Made by a program: the position numbers and the translations under genes. This document shows positions 50,801 through 63,852 of a DNA stretch of 64,000 nt, piece after piece. Source of the DNA: Hamiltosporidium tvaerminnensis FI-OER-3-3 (lineage: Eukaryota; Fungi; Microsporidia); the NCBI GenBank assembly GCA_022605425.2, contig JAKIMF020000004.1, forward strand, positions 1,178,001 to 1,242,000, in the 5' to 3' direction. The notes under the pieces are model-generated. The model searched no databases, was not told the DNA's origin, and worked only from the letters and a program-made list of their open reading frames with translations. Position 1 is the stretch's first letter. Each line of letters begins with the position of its first letter.

Positions 50801-52075
50801 TCAAATTATTGTATAAAGGAGTCGAAAATTCCCAATCTTAAAGTATTCTTCTTCTTTCGATTTAAGAACTTTGAGGACAAAGTTAAGCTTTTCATTCATT
50901 GAACTTTGGTTAGGAAAATCCATATAATGAGTTCCTTCGTATTTGATTTCAACTAAGGTATTGTTTTTATTGTTATAATGTATAACAAATTTATCTGTTG
51001 GTAAAGAAAAATATTTAATTTCTATTGTAAGAACGAAATTTTTTCTTTTGACCTCCGGGATTTTATTGTTTTTGTGTTCGGGTTTTTCTAGTATAATGCT
51101 TATCCCTGAATTCTGAGAATAGAAAATGACTGAAGATTCAATGGTTTTTTCTTTGCGATTTTTCAAAATTTGAGATTTAAAATTTGAAATCATTGCTTCG
51201 AAAAAATAGAAACGTTTAATTGTACTATGCACTAACGTATTTTGCATATTAATATTTATTGAATGATTTAAGGAATGCTCGAAGATTATAGGAATAAGAC
51301 CATTTTCTAATTTCATTAATAGAAAAAACGATAGTGCACGATAGAAACAAGAAGTAAATCCATAGTTTATCATTTTATTTGCATACATAGAAGTTTGTTT
51401 TTTATTTTGGACACTTCTAGTTATTATAATGTTATAATTATAATTGGAATAACATTTTTTTTCTAAAGTAATACATTCTAATATGTTTTCCAACGAATTA
51501 TTATCCATTAAATAACCCTCGGATATGGATGTAATAACAGATAATCTACCATTTTTCCCGATGATTTCTATTATTTTTTGCAAAATATTTACAATTTTAT
51601 AGAGAAATTTATATACATACTTATCTCTTGTATCTCTAATTAACAGTTTCGTTTTGTGGTACTTTTTATGAAAGTACAAAATGGAATTTTTGAAAACTAA
51701 ATCAATGTTTTTACGTTCTAAAGAAAAAATATAATCGCTTTTGATATTTAATATTAATTCGGGCTTAATTTTTAGCATCGAGTTTTTGTCACATATTTTC
51801 AAGATCAAATATAAAAAGACATTTTCGGCTTTCTTTACGTATAAATAATTTGATATCTCAAAAACACATTCATTTATGAACTTTTTCTTAATTTCAAGAA
51901 AGAAATAATCGTATTCAAGAGCTTCATTCATTCTTAGAGTCTTAGCTTTATACTGTCGAAATAATTCTTTACATAACATATCATAAACAAAATCTACATT
52001 GTACTTTGGCTCATTAAAATATTTAACAGCCGAAAAAATTGTTTTGCAAAAACATATAAAAACTTTGAGGTTCAT
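50801..52075 (-). CDS. Hypothetical, probably secreted protein (424 aa)
   Basis: Long ORF with a short microsporidian-style signal peptide MNLKVFICFCKTIFS and a GGG motif 6 nt upstream of the ATG. Confidence 0.8.
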   Translation of the reverse strand: MNLKVFICFCKTIFSAVKYFNEPKYNVDFVYDMLCKELFRQYKAKTLRMNEALEYDYFFLEIKKKFINECVFEISNYLYVKKAENVFLYLILKICDKNSMLKIKPELILNIKSDYIFSLERKNIDLVFKNSILYFHKKYHKTKLLIRDTRDKYVYKFLYKIVNILQKIIEIIGKNGRLSVITSISEGYLMDNNSLENILECITLEKKCYSNYNYNIIITRSVQNKKQTSMYANKMINYGFTSCFYRALSFFLLMKLENGLIPIIFEHSLNHSININMQNTLVHSTIKRFYFFEAMISNFKSQILKNRKEKTIESSVIFYSQNSGISIILEKPEHKNNKIPEVKRKNFVLTIEIKYFSLPTDKFVIHYNNKNNTLVEIKYEGTHYMDFPNQSSMNEKLNFVLKVLKSKEEEYFKIGNFRLLYTII

Positions 52076-53491
52076 TTACTACCCTAATTTAAAGAATGTA
52101 TCTAATATTTTTAATATTCTTTTTATTTATCGATTTTTTAATATAAAAAAAATCATTATGGAATCGAACAAAGATTAAACGAAAATATTTTTAAATTTTC
52201 GAATGAAAAAATATTCTATTGCCATCTAAATTTGTTTCAATATTTCTAATAAATCCAGATTTGGAAAATTAAATAGATTACAATTTTTTATATTGCAAAA
52301 AATCTTTTTATCATTTAATTTAATAATTGTCGTACACATAACTTACAATTTTATCCATTACTTACTATAGGGTTTTTTATGGCATTTGAAGCAAGTTGAA
52401 GCACAAGATCACAAATAACATAGATTAAAGCTATTTAGGTAGTTTAGGATTGTCTCGTATCTTCCGAAAATTCGTAAAAAAGATTGCTTAATCAGAGCAG
52501 ATAATTTAGACATAATATCTAAAGGCAATATGACAGAACGTTTATTTTAAATCTATACCAATTAAATTCATTTTTTGGTCTTTTTTGTATTAGCATATTA
52601 TACCAAATTTTTAGATTATTAAAAAATAAAAAATAAAAGTAAGAGATGTATAGTGTTTTTTTATCCATTTTTATTTTAATAACAAAAAATAATACAAACT
52701 ACAAATTGAAATGAAAGTAAAACACAAAATAAAATATAAAAAGCCAATAAAACTCTTTTAATTATAATTGATTCTACTCTTGATACTCTGTAAAATATTT
52801 ATTTCCATAATACCACTTCATTGGTTAATTTGAGGTGAAATAATAACAACCAAGAAGATCAAAGATAATCAAATAACAACCTGAAACGTGGTAATAATGT
52901 CTTATTTATATTTTTGTTTGATAAAAGCATTCCAAAATGACAATATATTAAGGTAAAAATGCGGTTTTCGTTACAATAAACATCAGGATCTCATTTCATT
53001 TTTAAAAGCAGGTCTAGTTGTATTCGGGTCTAACTGTATTGAATTTATCTCGTTGCTTTGCACTAGCTCGGTCTTACAGACATTATCGAATTGCTTTATG
53101 TTGCAGCAGAATGTTTTGAAGTGTTTTCGATCTGCTAAATATGTTTTCCACCAATTATTGAATTCAAAAATTTTTTTCTTGAGCTCTTATAATTTTATCA
53201 ATTGCTTTCGGGATCGCATAGCTCATTTTAACACTAGTTTTTTTAGTAAGCAATGGATACAGTGAGCTATTGATACGGCAATAATTATGCTAAAGTGATT
53301 TATAAAAACAATTTTAAAAAGACAAAAAGAATTTAAAAACAGTACTATCAAAGAAATTTTTTGCACAAAACCGTTTTTTCTATTTGATTGAATAAGTGTC
53401 AGAAAAATCATTATGTTTTATACAATAGAAATTATCAAACTATTGTAAAAAGAATCATATGTTGTTCTAATCACATTTATATGACCTCTAA

Positions 53492-53712
53492 CTTACTTAT
53501 TCCGTTTCTCTTTTACCTCTCAGTCTCGAGGATGAACAACTAGAAATTTTCCGATTGCTTTTTTTAATCTTTTGTAACTCGGAATTATAGGGGATTGTCT
53601 TATAGATACAATGTGGTTTATATCCCACCAAAATATCAACAAATATTTCCACATCAATTATACACACTCATTTCGAAGCAGATGGTTTTTAATGTGGTTA
53701 TCCCTTTTCTGC
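53492..53712 (-). mobile_element. Family A short form
   Basis: Collinear with 43354-43583, tail GGAATAAGTAAG. TSD not clear. Confidence 0.83.
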
Positions 53713-54029
53713 AATCCATAACTGCTTACTTAAAATAAATATTTACATGTCATTTTGCCCGATACACACGAAATATATTTGGGTGTGTATAAATCACTTT
53801 TAGATTAAATTTAAAATTTTTTATCGTCACAATTTTTAAATAAACCGAATTTATTTTAAATTTTAATTATGATTTGTGTGAATTTTATTATGAAACCAAA
53901 TCAAAATACTTGAAACGAAAAACAAAGACACTTTGTACAATGAATTTTGATTTTTTGATTTAGTTAGCTTATAATTAATTCGATTGGTTTTAAAAAAAAA
54001 TTGTAAATTGATTTGAATATAAATATAAT

Positions 54030-54132
54030 CATCATCGGCACTACAGCCCTGGACGAGCCTTAAACACCCTCGGTAATTCCGCCACATGGATCTTTTTACA
54101 GTGCGTTTGGTTACTTTTTCAAAGTTTGTAAC
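54030..54132 (-). mobile_element. Family B element, 5'-truncated
   Basis: Perfect 14-bp TSD AATATAAATATAAT (54016-54029 / 54133-54146). 3' end AGGCTCGTCCAGGGCTGTAGTGCCGATGATG. Confidence 0.9.
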
Positions 54133-54535
54133 AATATAAATATAATACCATAAATTATTAGGCAAAATATATAGTTAATTACGATATATTGACATAAATA
54201 CAAAGGGTGTTTCGTAATTAGAAAAGATAAAAATCAATAATCACAATTATAATATTGCGCCGGTCTAGAACCGTTTGATTTTTTTAAAGGTATCTTTAAT
54301 GGTATTACGAAAACAAAAAATTGAAGCTCACGTACCCTAACAATTCTCAAAATCTTTCCAATGTACTATAATATATGATGTCTATACATATTTATTAATT
54401 AAACTTTTACAATAAAACCATTAGTAAAATTAAAAAAACATTCTGAATTAAAATATAAAACTTAACGCTTTAGATATGCAGATTGATAGAGTTCAATATG
54501 GAATTTTCTCAAGATATAAAGATTTATTTACGTAT

Positions 54536-55918
54536 TTATGTAAAATCACCTGAAAAATACATTATTTTTTTAATTCTGGACATTGTCTCTTCGAGTTTTT
54601 TGTAAAAAATTGCACCGTCTAAAACAGAATATTTTTCATCGGTATTATTTATATACATAAACACACATTCACCACTGCTATTAAAACCCAAATCCAACAA
54701 AAAATTCTTTTGTAGTATATAAGAGCCGAAGGAGCATTTGCACATAGTAGCCAAACTTTTAATTTCAGGAAACTTTCTTAATATTTTACTTCTATCAGTA
54801 AATTCCGCAAACCATAAATGGAAATGTAAAAATGTCAGAGATATTTTTTCGTGATAAAATTTATTTATACGCTGGGCGTCAATCACAAATGATTCATCCG
54901 TTTCTGTGTCATGATTATATTTTTTTCTTAAGTACAAACATCTTGGTTGAACATACATATAGTCTTCTAAAAAAAACTCATTTGGTTTATTATCAAGCTT
55001 TTTAAAGTATTGAATATAATTTTTTGAAAATATAATATTGGGAGGTTCATTTGTTGTTATACCAAGATGGTTGTTTATAACTCTGTATAAAACTTTATCT
55101 ATCTTTTTCAGAAAATTATAGTCTATATTAATTTTATTATAGATACATAATTTATAGAAGTAAATAAACAATTTATCTCTCAAATTTCTATAACTATCTC
55201 TTGGTATTTCCAGCGTATATATACCTATCGTGTGTTTGAATGCAGTATTTTTAAGATTTTCAAGCAAGAAATTTAAAGTAATATCTACTTTTTTGAACAC
55301 AAAAAGGTATGTTTCGTCATTTCCCGAAAAAAATTTTATGAATTTTTTTGAAATACTATTATTCAAAATTCTATGCGGATATTCAGAGAAAATTAAACTC
55401 ACAAAACTTTTTTGGTGTCTATTTCTAAAGCGATCCAAAATTTTCAAATATATTCTAAAGTAATTTAATATATATTTTAAACTACTATAGTCCCATATAA
55501 TTTTCTTTCCTGGAAGATCTTTCTCTGTTAGAAATTCTTTCTTGTAGAAGATAAGGCCTTTTTCTAAGAATTTGATAGTGAAACAACCAATGGATGAAAA
55601 GGATATCTGGGGTTTAAAAGGACTACTAAAGAGGCAAGAAACTGAAAATTGCATTTTTTTATACCTATCGAAAACATCTAATAAGCAGAGATTGGTTGTA
55701 TTGTATTTAGAATCAAAAACAAATTTCAAATATACTTGTTCTGTGAAAGTACTTAACCTTTCGCAATTGTTTTCGGAAGCCTCAACGAAATATTTAATAA
55801 ATTCAAATATCATCGTATTCATTGTCTGTGGTTTATTAAAATGAGAAGTTCTATTGAATTTAGAATATAAAATAAATATTTTCCAGGAAAATATCGAAAG
55901 TACTGAAAAGGCCAACAT
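54536..55918 (-). CDS. Hypothetical, possibly secreted protein (~460 aa)
   Basis: Long ORF. The second ATG (55918) directly follows CCC and gives a hydrophobic N-terminus MLAFSVLSIFSWKIFILYS. The alternative start is 55930. Confidence 0.78.
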   Translation of the reverse strand: MLAFSVLSIFSWKIFILYSKFNRTSHFNKPQTMNTMIFEFIKYFVEASENNCERLSTFTEQVYLKFVFDSKYNTTNLCLLDVFDRYKKMQFSVSCLFSSPFKPQISFSSIGCFTIKFLEKGLIFYKKEFLTEKDLPGKKIIWDYSSLKYILNYFRIYLKILDRFRNRHQKSFVSLIFSEYPHRILNNSISKKFIKFFSGNDETYLFVFKKVDITLNFLLENLKNTAFKHTIGIYTLEIPRDSYRNLRDKLFIYFYKLCIYNKINIDYNFLKKIDKVLYRVINNHLGITTNEPPNIIFSKNYIQYFKKLDNKPNEFFLEDYMYVQPRCLYLRKKYNHDTETDESFVIDAQRINKFYHEKISLTFLHFHLWFAEFTDRSKILRKFPEIKSLATMCKCSFGSYILQKNFLLDLGFNSSGECVFMYINNTDEKYSVLDGAIFYKKLEETMSRIKKIMYFSGDFT

Positions 55919-58585
55919 GGGTAAACACATTACTGTTATATTATATTAATTAATTAATTAATTAAATCATCAAATAAATTATAAATTTATCTGTTATACA
56001 TGAAACAAGAATGAAAGAACAAAAAAATATTAAATTAGTTTATAGATAAAACTCCTATTTTTTGATAAATTTCGATAAATAACTTTTTGTTTTAAATTCA
56101 ATAAAATTCTTTTTAGTGGTTAAAATTTAATAAAAGTAGTTCTAGTAATGCATATTTAAATCTATAATATAATTATCAAAATTTAAATCGATACTTAACC
56201 AGACCATTGTACAATCTTATTTTTTGCTCTCGATCTTACAATATATAGTATATAAAATAAGTATATTAATGAATTTCTTTTGAACATTGAACATTCGTCA
56301 AAAGATTTCCCATCTCCGCTGTAAAATCGTTTAATAAGTGCTCACTTCATTCAGAAATTATCTTTCCAAAGTTTTATATTGAGATACAAATTTTTTAATC
56401 ACTAAGTTAAGTTGTGCCCGAGGGTATTACCCCTTTTATTTAGCATATTATTATATTTCTTAAAAAAAACTTAATTTATAGATATTTTTTAAATTCAAAA
56501 TCCACAATTATATCACTTAAAACGAGGGCTTAACATTTTGCAGCTTTGTTGGCTTGACTTCATTCTTCTTGTTGTTATATATTTTCAAAGAAGCCAAAAG
56601 TTGCAATATTGTTAGCTTTTAAATAAAATCAGATAATAACGTAATTATTCTTTCTAATTTATCTCGGTTCTAGTGTTTTTTTTGATTTAAAAATTGGAAC
56701 TATCTTTCTGCCTACAATCTACAGTACATATGCTTATATTATTTTATTTACCCTAATATTATTAGAGTGAAATTCAATGGTTTCTATTAACGACAGTTTT
56801 TGCTTATTCCATTATGAATCACCGTTATACTAGACATATAATATGGTCTCGTTAACTGGCCTTTAAGTCTTAGTATACAAATCCGAATATTTTGAGATTT
56901 ATTTCGTGGTTTTAAAAAATCTTTTTACTTCATTTACTGTGTTCGTTAAATAAATATTTTTCTCTTGAAAATTATGTCTATTCTTCATTTTTTCGTACAA
57001 TTTTTGTCAGAACTGCATTATAATTTCGCATTACCCAGCTTCAGAATTTCTTAAAAATATACTATATATTTGTGGTGGGAACGTAAATAATAATACTAAA
57101 CATAAAAAAAACTGGCTTTAGATCATTCACTTCTTTTATTTTTTTATTTCATCAATAGGTTTTCCTATCTTGGTGATAAATACTTTATGGTGCTATCAGA
57201 TTGCATACGGCTACTATTGTGCTCGAAGAAAGCGTTTACAAGCGGAACACAAATGAAAATCGTTTCTGTGTTTACTCAAGTTTGGCTTTCTTAAACTCTT
57301 TTAAAGAATCAAATACCGTATCAATTTCTTGTTTTTACATTATTTAAATCGAATTTAAATTGGATCTTACAATTCGTTAGTTTAATTTACCAACTGATGA
57401 TTAAATGAGTTATCTTGAATATTTTTATTTTCTGTTTTTTATTTTAACTTGAAAAGGTTTTTTTTTGTAAAATCTGTTTGATCACCATTTTGTCTCTTTA
57501 GATCGCCGCAATTTAGCTAAAATGGTATTTGTTTGTCTATAATAATTCAAGAGGTAATGAATCCTTTCGATATTTTAAATACGCGATCTACAGATTTTTT
57601 TGTAAGAATTTTCAGAAAAGTAGAAATATAGGTTATTTGGAATAGTAAATATCATTTAATAAGTATAAACCTTTAAAAAGCAAACCCAGATGATTCATTT
57701 TTTCGGTTTGAAGTACTCTTAGATGATAAATAATTGCTAACATATCAGAAATTTGGGGCATACAATAATTCGATCTTATTTTTTTTGTTTGAGAAATTAT
57801 GTTAATGCATTAAATCGTTGTTAAAAAAAAATTCAAAACCAAGTTTCGGTTTTTTATACTATATTCAATTTTAAGGTTTATCTAAGGTATAATTAACTAA
57901 TATTAGAAAAATATCAATGTTTCAACTCGCGTATAACTATATATAATTTGATTTTTTTGTATAGAAACCTATAATAGTTTATTCTCCGTCATATCGTAGT
58001 TATGGAAGCATTTTTGAAAAATATTATTAGGATTTTAGATTATGCTCAAATAGAAAGGATTTACCTCATATGTGACTATTTAAGCTAGATTTTTCACTTG
58101 TCACTTGATTTATCATGCTGAAATAGATATGAGCGGGCCATATTTCCCTTTACTATATTTTTTCTGATTTTAACTTTCATAATTTTCATGGATTTCTGCT
58201 GATATATTTTAGCTTTTGATATTCTTGCTTTTTATAATTTCATATTTAGATCCAGTATGTCAGGTCTTCAGGGTGTTTTATCGCATTGGTATTATCATAC
58301 AGATCCTGGTATTTTTAAAACATTTAATTACGATTTTATATTATTTAGAAAGTTTATTAATGCAAAAATTAAAAAAGCTTGTTAATTGTCTTTTTTAGAC
58401 ATACCTTACTTCTTTTCTAAGATTTTAGAAAATACATTTTGCATTTTATTTAAATTATGACCTTTTACACAATGTTTATATATTTTCTAGGATTTATATA
58501 TTGAATGGGTAGTGTAAATCAGAGAAGATTTATTATGTGATTTTTAGATTAATGTGTAAGTCAGTGGTTACATAATCATTTTAGG

Positions 58586-58820
58586 GCATCATCATCGGCT
58601 CTACCGCCATGCGAGAGCCTTGGACACCCTCAGTAATACCTCCTAGTTGTCTTTTTCCAGTGTTTTTTTTTTACGTTTTGGTTTCGTAACAGGTTAGTTT
58701 TGAAGGGTGAGATATTAGCCTAGTGCCTAAATCCAACCTGAAGAACCAGTCTTTTTTTAGTCGCCTCTTACGACGAGCAGAAACTGTACTAAGCCAATTC
58801 TGCACACGGCATTTGGTAAA
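58586..58820 (-). mobile_element. Family B element, full length (235 nt)
   Basis: Perfect 12-bp TSD AATCATTTTAGG (58574-58585 / 58821-58832) and (GAT)n tail. Confidence 0.9.
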
Positions 58821-59111
58821 AATCATTTTAGGTATATGTCTTAAACATATAACAGGCAAAAAGCCAAAATAAATCAGTGAAATTTGCCACTATTTATAAA
58901 AATCATAATATAACTATTCTACACTTGATTCTAAATTTATATGTATAATTTAATACACCATGAATATAATTCAGAGAACTAATTTGTATTGGTAGTCTAA
59001 GCAATATTGCTCCAAATAATTGTTACAAAAATATGATATCATTATATTGATTTTACATGCAAGCACAGTAAAAAAACATGTATGAAGTATATATGGTTGT
59101 TTGAATCCCTA

Positions 59112-59337
59112 ATCATGCTGTTAGCCGAACTGGCTTGGTTTTTTCAATGTTTTTTATAAGAGGCAACTAAAAGAGACTAATCCACCTGGCCGGGATTGAG
59201 TTAACGATCCCTCCTTTCAAACAACCCTGGTAAGAAACCCAAAAAGGTAAACAAATACACTTGCAAAAATGCCGGTAAGTGGTTCTTACTGAGAGCGGCC
59301 AAAACTCGTGTAGGGATGCAGTATCGATGATTATGAC
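59112..59337 (+). mobile_element. Family B element, older copy, head-to-head with 58586-58820
   Basis: TAAGAGGCAACTAAAAGAGACT...GGCCAAAACTCGTGTAGGGATGCAGTATCGATGATTATG. Confidence 0.78.
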
Positions 59338-60299
59338 AGTTGTTTTAACTTAAATTACATTAAAGAAACAAAAAATTACTATTAAAGAATCGAATTATTA
59401 ACAATTTGATCTGTGAACAAAAATAACAACTAAGTAGATGTTGAAAAGAAGATACTTTTCGAAAAAAGAAATTTGCATTTTAAATTGCACATAATTTCTT
59501 TAGAAGCATTCTTATTATTTCACTCTTCTTCTATATTTCGAGATTAAAGATAAAAAATAGAAAGCTAAATGATTTTTTCGCTATTAAATGTCTTATAGTT
59601 TCATGCAGTCATTTCTTTTTCAAAAAAGCCGGTTTTGACAAATGAAATCTCAAAAAATTCACAAGTTCTGCTGTTGCCGTGAGAAGTTTGACTTTAGTGT
59701 TCCGACGGTCATAGCTAATTTTTACACTCCACTATTAATGCTGAAATATTTTTTTTTATTTCTCTTTTTTAATTTGTTTTGATTTAATATTTTGGCTGAT
59801 TGACCTATAGATTCAATGTGATATTTATCATGCAAACTGTTCGAAAAGGTTTCTATACTAATTTTACACCCATCTGTTCTGAATATAGTTTTTAATGTGG
59901 TTTTTCAGCCTCAGCTATGATGTTGAAACTGCTCAAAATAATCTATTTGTCTGTATATTTAAACTTTATTAAGACTAATAGTGCGTGCTCGTGTTTATTT
60001 CGATATATTTGTTCAAGGCTGTGATCCTGGAGAATAAATGAATTCTCAAAGTAGTAATTCTAATTTAATATAAAAACACTGTGTTTGTTTACATAGAATC
60101 TATTTACTTTTCTAAATGACTTTTCGAAATATTTAGATCTGAAACTTCTTATTCAAGTCACGATTATGTTATTATTGCTCAAGTTATAGTCAAAGAAAGA
60201 AAAATCAACCAAATCAAACGTTATTATAATTATTTGTTTGTTAATTCTTTTCTAATTCTAGTGTTAGTTAGCTATTTCTTATATTAATATACATAAACT

Positions 60300-62070
60300 T
60301 TATATAAAATCCAAATCCTATAGAATACTAGAGGAATATACTCTCAGAGTCTGATTCAGTACTTTTTCTCCCAGAATGAATTTGAAAAGTGATTTTCCTG
60401 GGTTTTAAAAGCATTTTATTTTCATTCGCCGATCTATCTCTTATATTGAACAAAATCGATTCTGCAGGATTTCTTCTTTAAAATAAGAATTCCCGAAATT
60501 CTAATTTTATGTTGTTTTCTGATTTAATTATTTACGAACTTCCTAGATTGTCATAAGATTTTAAAAATGTGCTCCACACCGGACCTAACACTTCCTCTTT
60601 GATTTTAAAAGGCTGTAGTTGATCTTAATTCGCCTAATATTTTAAGACCTAGTTTTCATCATATTTTTAACTTTTTAAACGTTTTAGTCTTCGGTCTTTT
60701 AAACTAGATATGGAAAGTACAATTATATAAAATATATTGTTTGAGTTTTTTGCCTGTCTTGATGATTCAGTGATGGTTCATTTTAGACGTTTCTAGCAAG
60801 AAATCTTGAAATTAGCAGACAAACGCAAAAAAAAACTTTTCCGGTCTAAAAGACTCTTCCCAAGAATAATTCTTAAAGTAACACAGATGCTCTTCCGTGA
60901 GGTCAATATGATGTATTGGCATGATATTATCTGAAGAAATATTTATATATGCTACATACTTTCGAAGCATTGATTTAATTTTTTCACTGATAGTGAGCTT
61001 TAATTGTACAAATAAGGTCTTAGTGCACATAAATAATCTGCTAAATAATATCATAAAATACAAGCGTAATTCTTTTTATTGTTATTAAATAAGTCTTTTG
61101 TATGGCTAAAAAGCTTGTTTATGAGAGAACTATTTTAATACTTGTCTTATTATTATGATACATTTGATCCTTGAAAAGGTATTTTTGGTCATGCCGACTA
61201 CACCGAGAGTAGATTAAACAGATTTCACATAAGACCCTAGTAGATAGCTTTTCTTTTTTTTAAAAAATAAAAGAATTATCTAGTGCTAGATTGATTTCAG
61301 CTCGAGTAAAACTCTACATTTTCTCAAATAATTAGTTAAATTCAATCCTAAAATCCTTAGACCTTATATACCAAAGCTTTATTGCCAAAAAAAATGTTGA
61401 GGATCATTTCATTTCAAGTTTTCTACTTGATTTATCCTGACCACTTTCACATGATAATCCCGTTAGAAATATTTTTATGGTGTTTTTCTAGTGTTTCTAT
61501 GCTATTTTATTGTCATGTGAAGCATTCACATCTTAATTCGATAGTCTTTGGTTATACCTTACACGAAACTCTCTAAATAGCCTCTGATAATTGTAAAACT
61601 CTCTAAATAGTCCCTGATAATTGTAAAACATATTAAATTGAGGCGTAGTATTTGTATTGCTTATATTTATGGCAAAACGTGTATTAGATTCTATATTGCT
61701 TTTCGATTGCGTTTTCTTTAAGGAACTGTATTTTCGCAACTCTGTGAATTCTAACGGCAAGGAAAATTTTTCTATTACACGGAGTCTGCTACTAATCGTC
61801 ACAATTTGTAATGCTTCTCTGTTGACATATCCTGCAGTTATCAGCAGAATGTTACTTTCTTCTTTACAGAAAGAGCAAACACAAAAATCATTAAAGTCTT
61901 AATGGCGTCGAATCTCAACGATTATATTGTCTTCTTAGTTAATAGAAAGATATTTGCGTTTTCCAAAGTATTTAATAAGAATATTTTCTAACCCATAGTT
62001 TTTCTTCCAGAAGGCTTTGGCTTGCATGGTTTTCATCATAAGACTAATATAATGCTTCTTGCGATCTAAA
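60300..62070 (-). pseudogene. Possible decayed protein-coding region
   Basis: Several minus-strand ORF fragments (61533-61802, 60812-61063) with coding-like composition, and an in-frame 30-bp duplication at 61566-61629 (FYNYQGLFRE/FYNYQRLFRE). No domain recognised. Confidence 0.3.
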
Positions 62071-62526
62071 ACTAATATAAAATCAAGAATTTTTTTAGGT
62101 TTGGAATGGAAAAAAAAGGTGAGAATTTTATGAATTGACCAGAAGCGAAGCTAATCTGTAGCAGTAATAACAGAATCTTCTTAGAAAAAAAGAAAAAGAA
62201 CTAAGATAGAGCGATGCCGCCAAATTATAGGCGCAAAGAAGCGAGCTTTAACCGTCATCTTTAAATTGAAAATTTATATCTCGTAAAAATGATTATCAAA
62301 AGCATACAAAACGAATTTGAAAGGTCAAAATCAGGAAAAAAATATTTGTTCTTATTTAAGATATTTGTTTCATGTTTTATTTACGTAAGAATAATTTTAT
62401 TTAATAATAAATTTATTCATTCTCAAACGCGCAAGCAACTTTTATGCTTTAATTTGATAATTGCATAGTAGTGCATAAAATAAATATTTGCAAAAACGCA
62501 TCATAATTTCTCTATATCAAAATATC

Positions 62527-63257
62527 GGTGTGGAAGAAGGATAAACACATAAAAAACCATCTGCTTGGCAATAAGTATGCGAGATTAATATATGAAATCA
62601 TTATTTGGATTTTTGGTGGGAATAAAACCACGCCACATTTCGGTTGTTCTATTTGAATTATATGAGAAGAAGAAGGTCTAAGTAATGCTTAATTTTACTA
62701 CGAATTTATTTGTAGTTTTTTATGTAACTAGATCGAAAAAATTAACTGAAATTGTAGGGAATTGCCGTAAGAAACCATGGAAACCTAGCCTTTCTCACTT
62801 GGTTTGGAAGAATAAGCGCCTGGGAAATGTAAAAATTAAAATAATTAAAAGCAGGGAGAGCTAAGATGCGGATTAAGCCTGTTAATATGACACTGCTCTG
62901 ACTAGGTGAACCCCATGTAAGTCACTGAAATATATCTTAGCTAGAAGTTTATTGGATTCAGAAAGTGAAGAGTATGTAAGAATGATGCATAGTCTTGGGT
63001 AAGTCCAGTGTTGGTTTCTACTTAAAATTACACTCCATGCAACGAACATTAACGAAATCTGGGCAACTACCTCGCCTATTAATTAGGTTCTACACACCTG
63101 ATAGATGAAGAGCTTTGAGACGTAGGTATCTTAAGAGATACTGATGGTGTGCTGGCGTATCAGTTATTTATGTTTGACCTATAATTGCGTGCATGTCATG
63201 AAAAAAAATATAGACTTGCCACTGTTTTAAAAATATGAGACACTTTTAAATAAAGAA
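62527..63257 (+). mobile_element. Family A long form, second full-length copy (731 nt)
   Basis: Collinear end to end with 24693-25422. Possible degenerate TSD ATCAAAATATC / ATCGCAATATT (8/11 match). Confidence 0.88.
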
Positions 63258-63676
63258 ATCGCAATATTAGAGTTATAAAAATTAGCTAATATACTAAAAA
63301 AGTCAAATATTTCATTTATTAATCTTTTATTAAAAAGATAATTTAATTAAGTTTATCAAAAAAAATACTTTTTAATGGCATTTTCTCTTTCACTGCACAA
63401 AAGTACTCAAACAAACGTTAAGGTAAAAAAACTATATCATCGGTTTTTGATTGATTAAAACATTATCGTATATAATATCTTAAGATACCATAATCAATTT
63501 CAGCTTCAAAATGTTAATTTTCAAAAATTTAAATAATACAGATACATTATTTAATTGGTAAAAGAACCAAAAGATCAAAATATATTACCGAATATTACAT
63601 TAAATACATGCATTATATTTAAATACCTATAAAATTTTAATATTTTCACAAATAATTATATATCATACATGCCAAA

Positions 63677-63852
63677 CAAGGTTGAGAGAGTATAAATACA
63701 TTAAAAACTATCTGGCTGGCAATAATTATATAGAATTTGTGTGAAAATCATTGTTGCTTTCGTGGTGGGAATAAACCACCTGTATTCATAGGCCAATCCC
63801 TATAGTTCCGAGGTACAACAGATTAAAAGAGGAATGGAATATATGTGTAAGC
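63677..63852 (+). mobile_element. Family A short form with an internal deletion
   Basis: Head ACATTAAAAACTATCTG...GTGAAAATCATTGTT...GTGGTGGGAATAAACCAC, then CAATCCCTATAGTTCCGAGGTACAACAGATTAAAAG, ending GTAAG. Lacks the GTTCATCCTCGAC segment. Confidence 0.78.
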
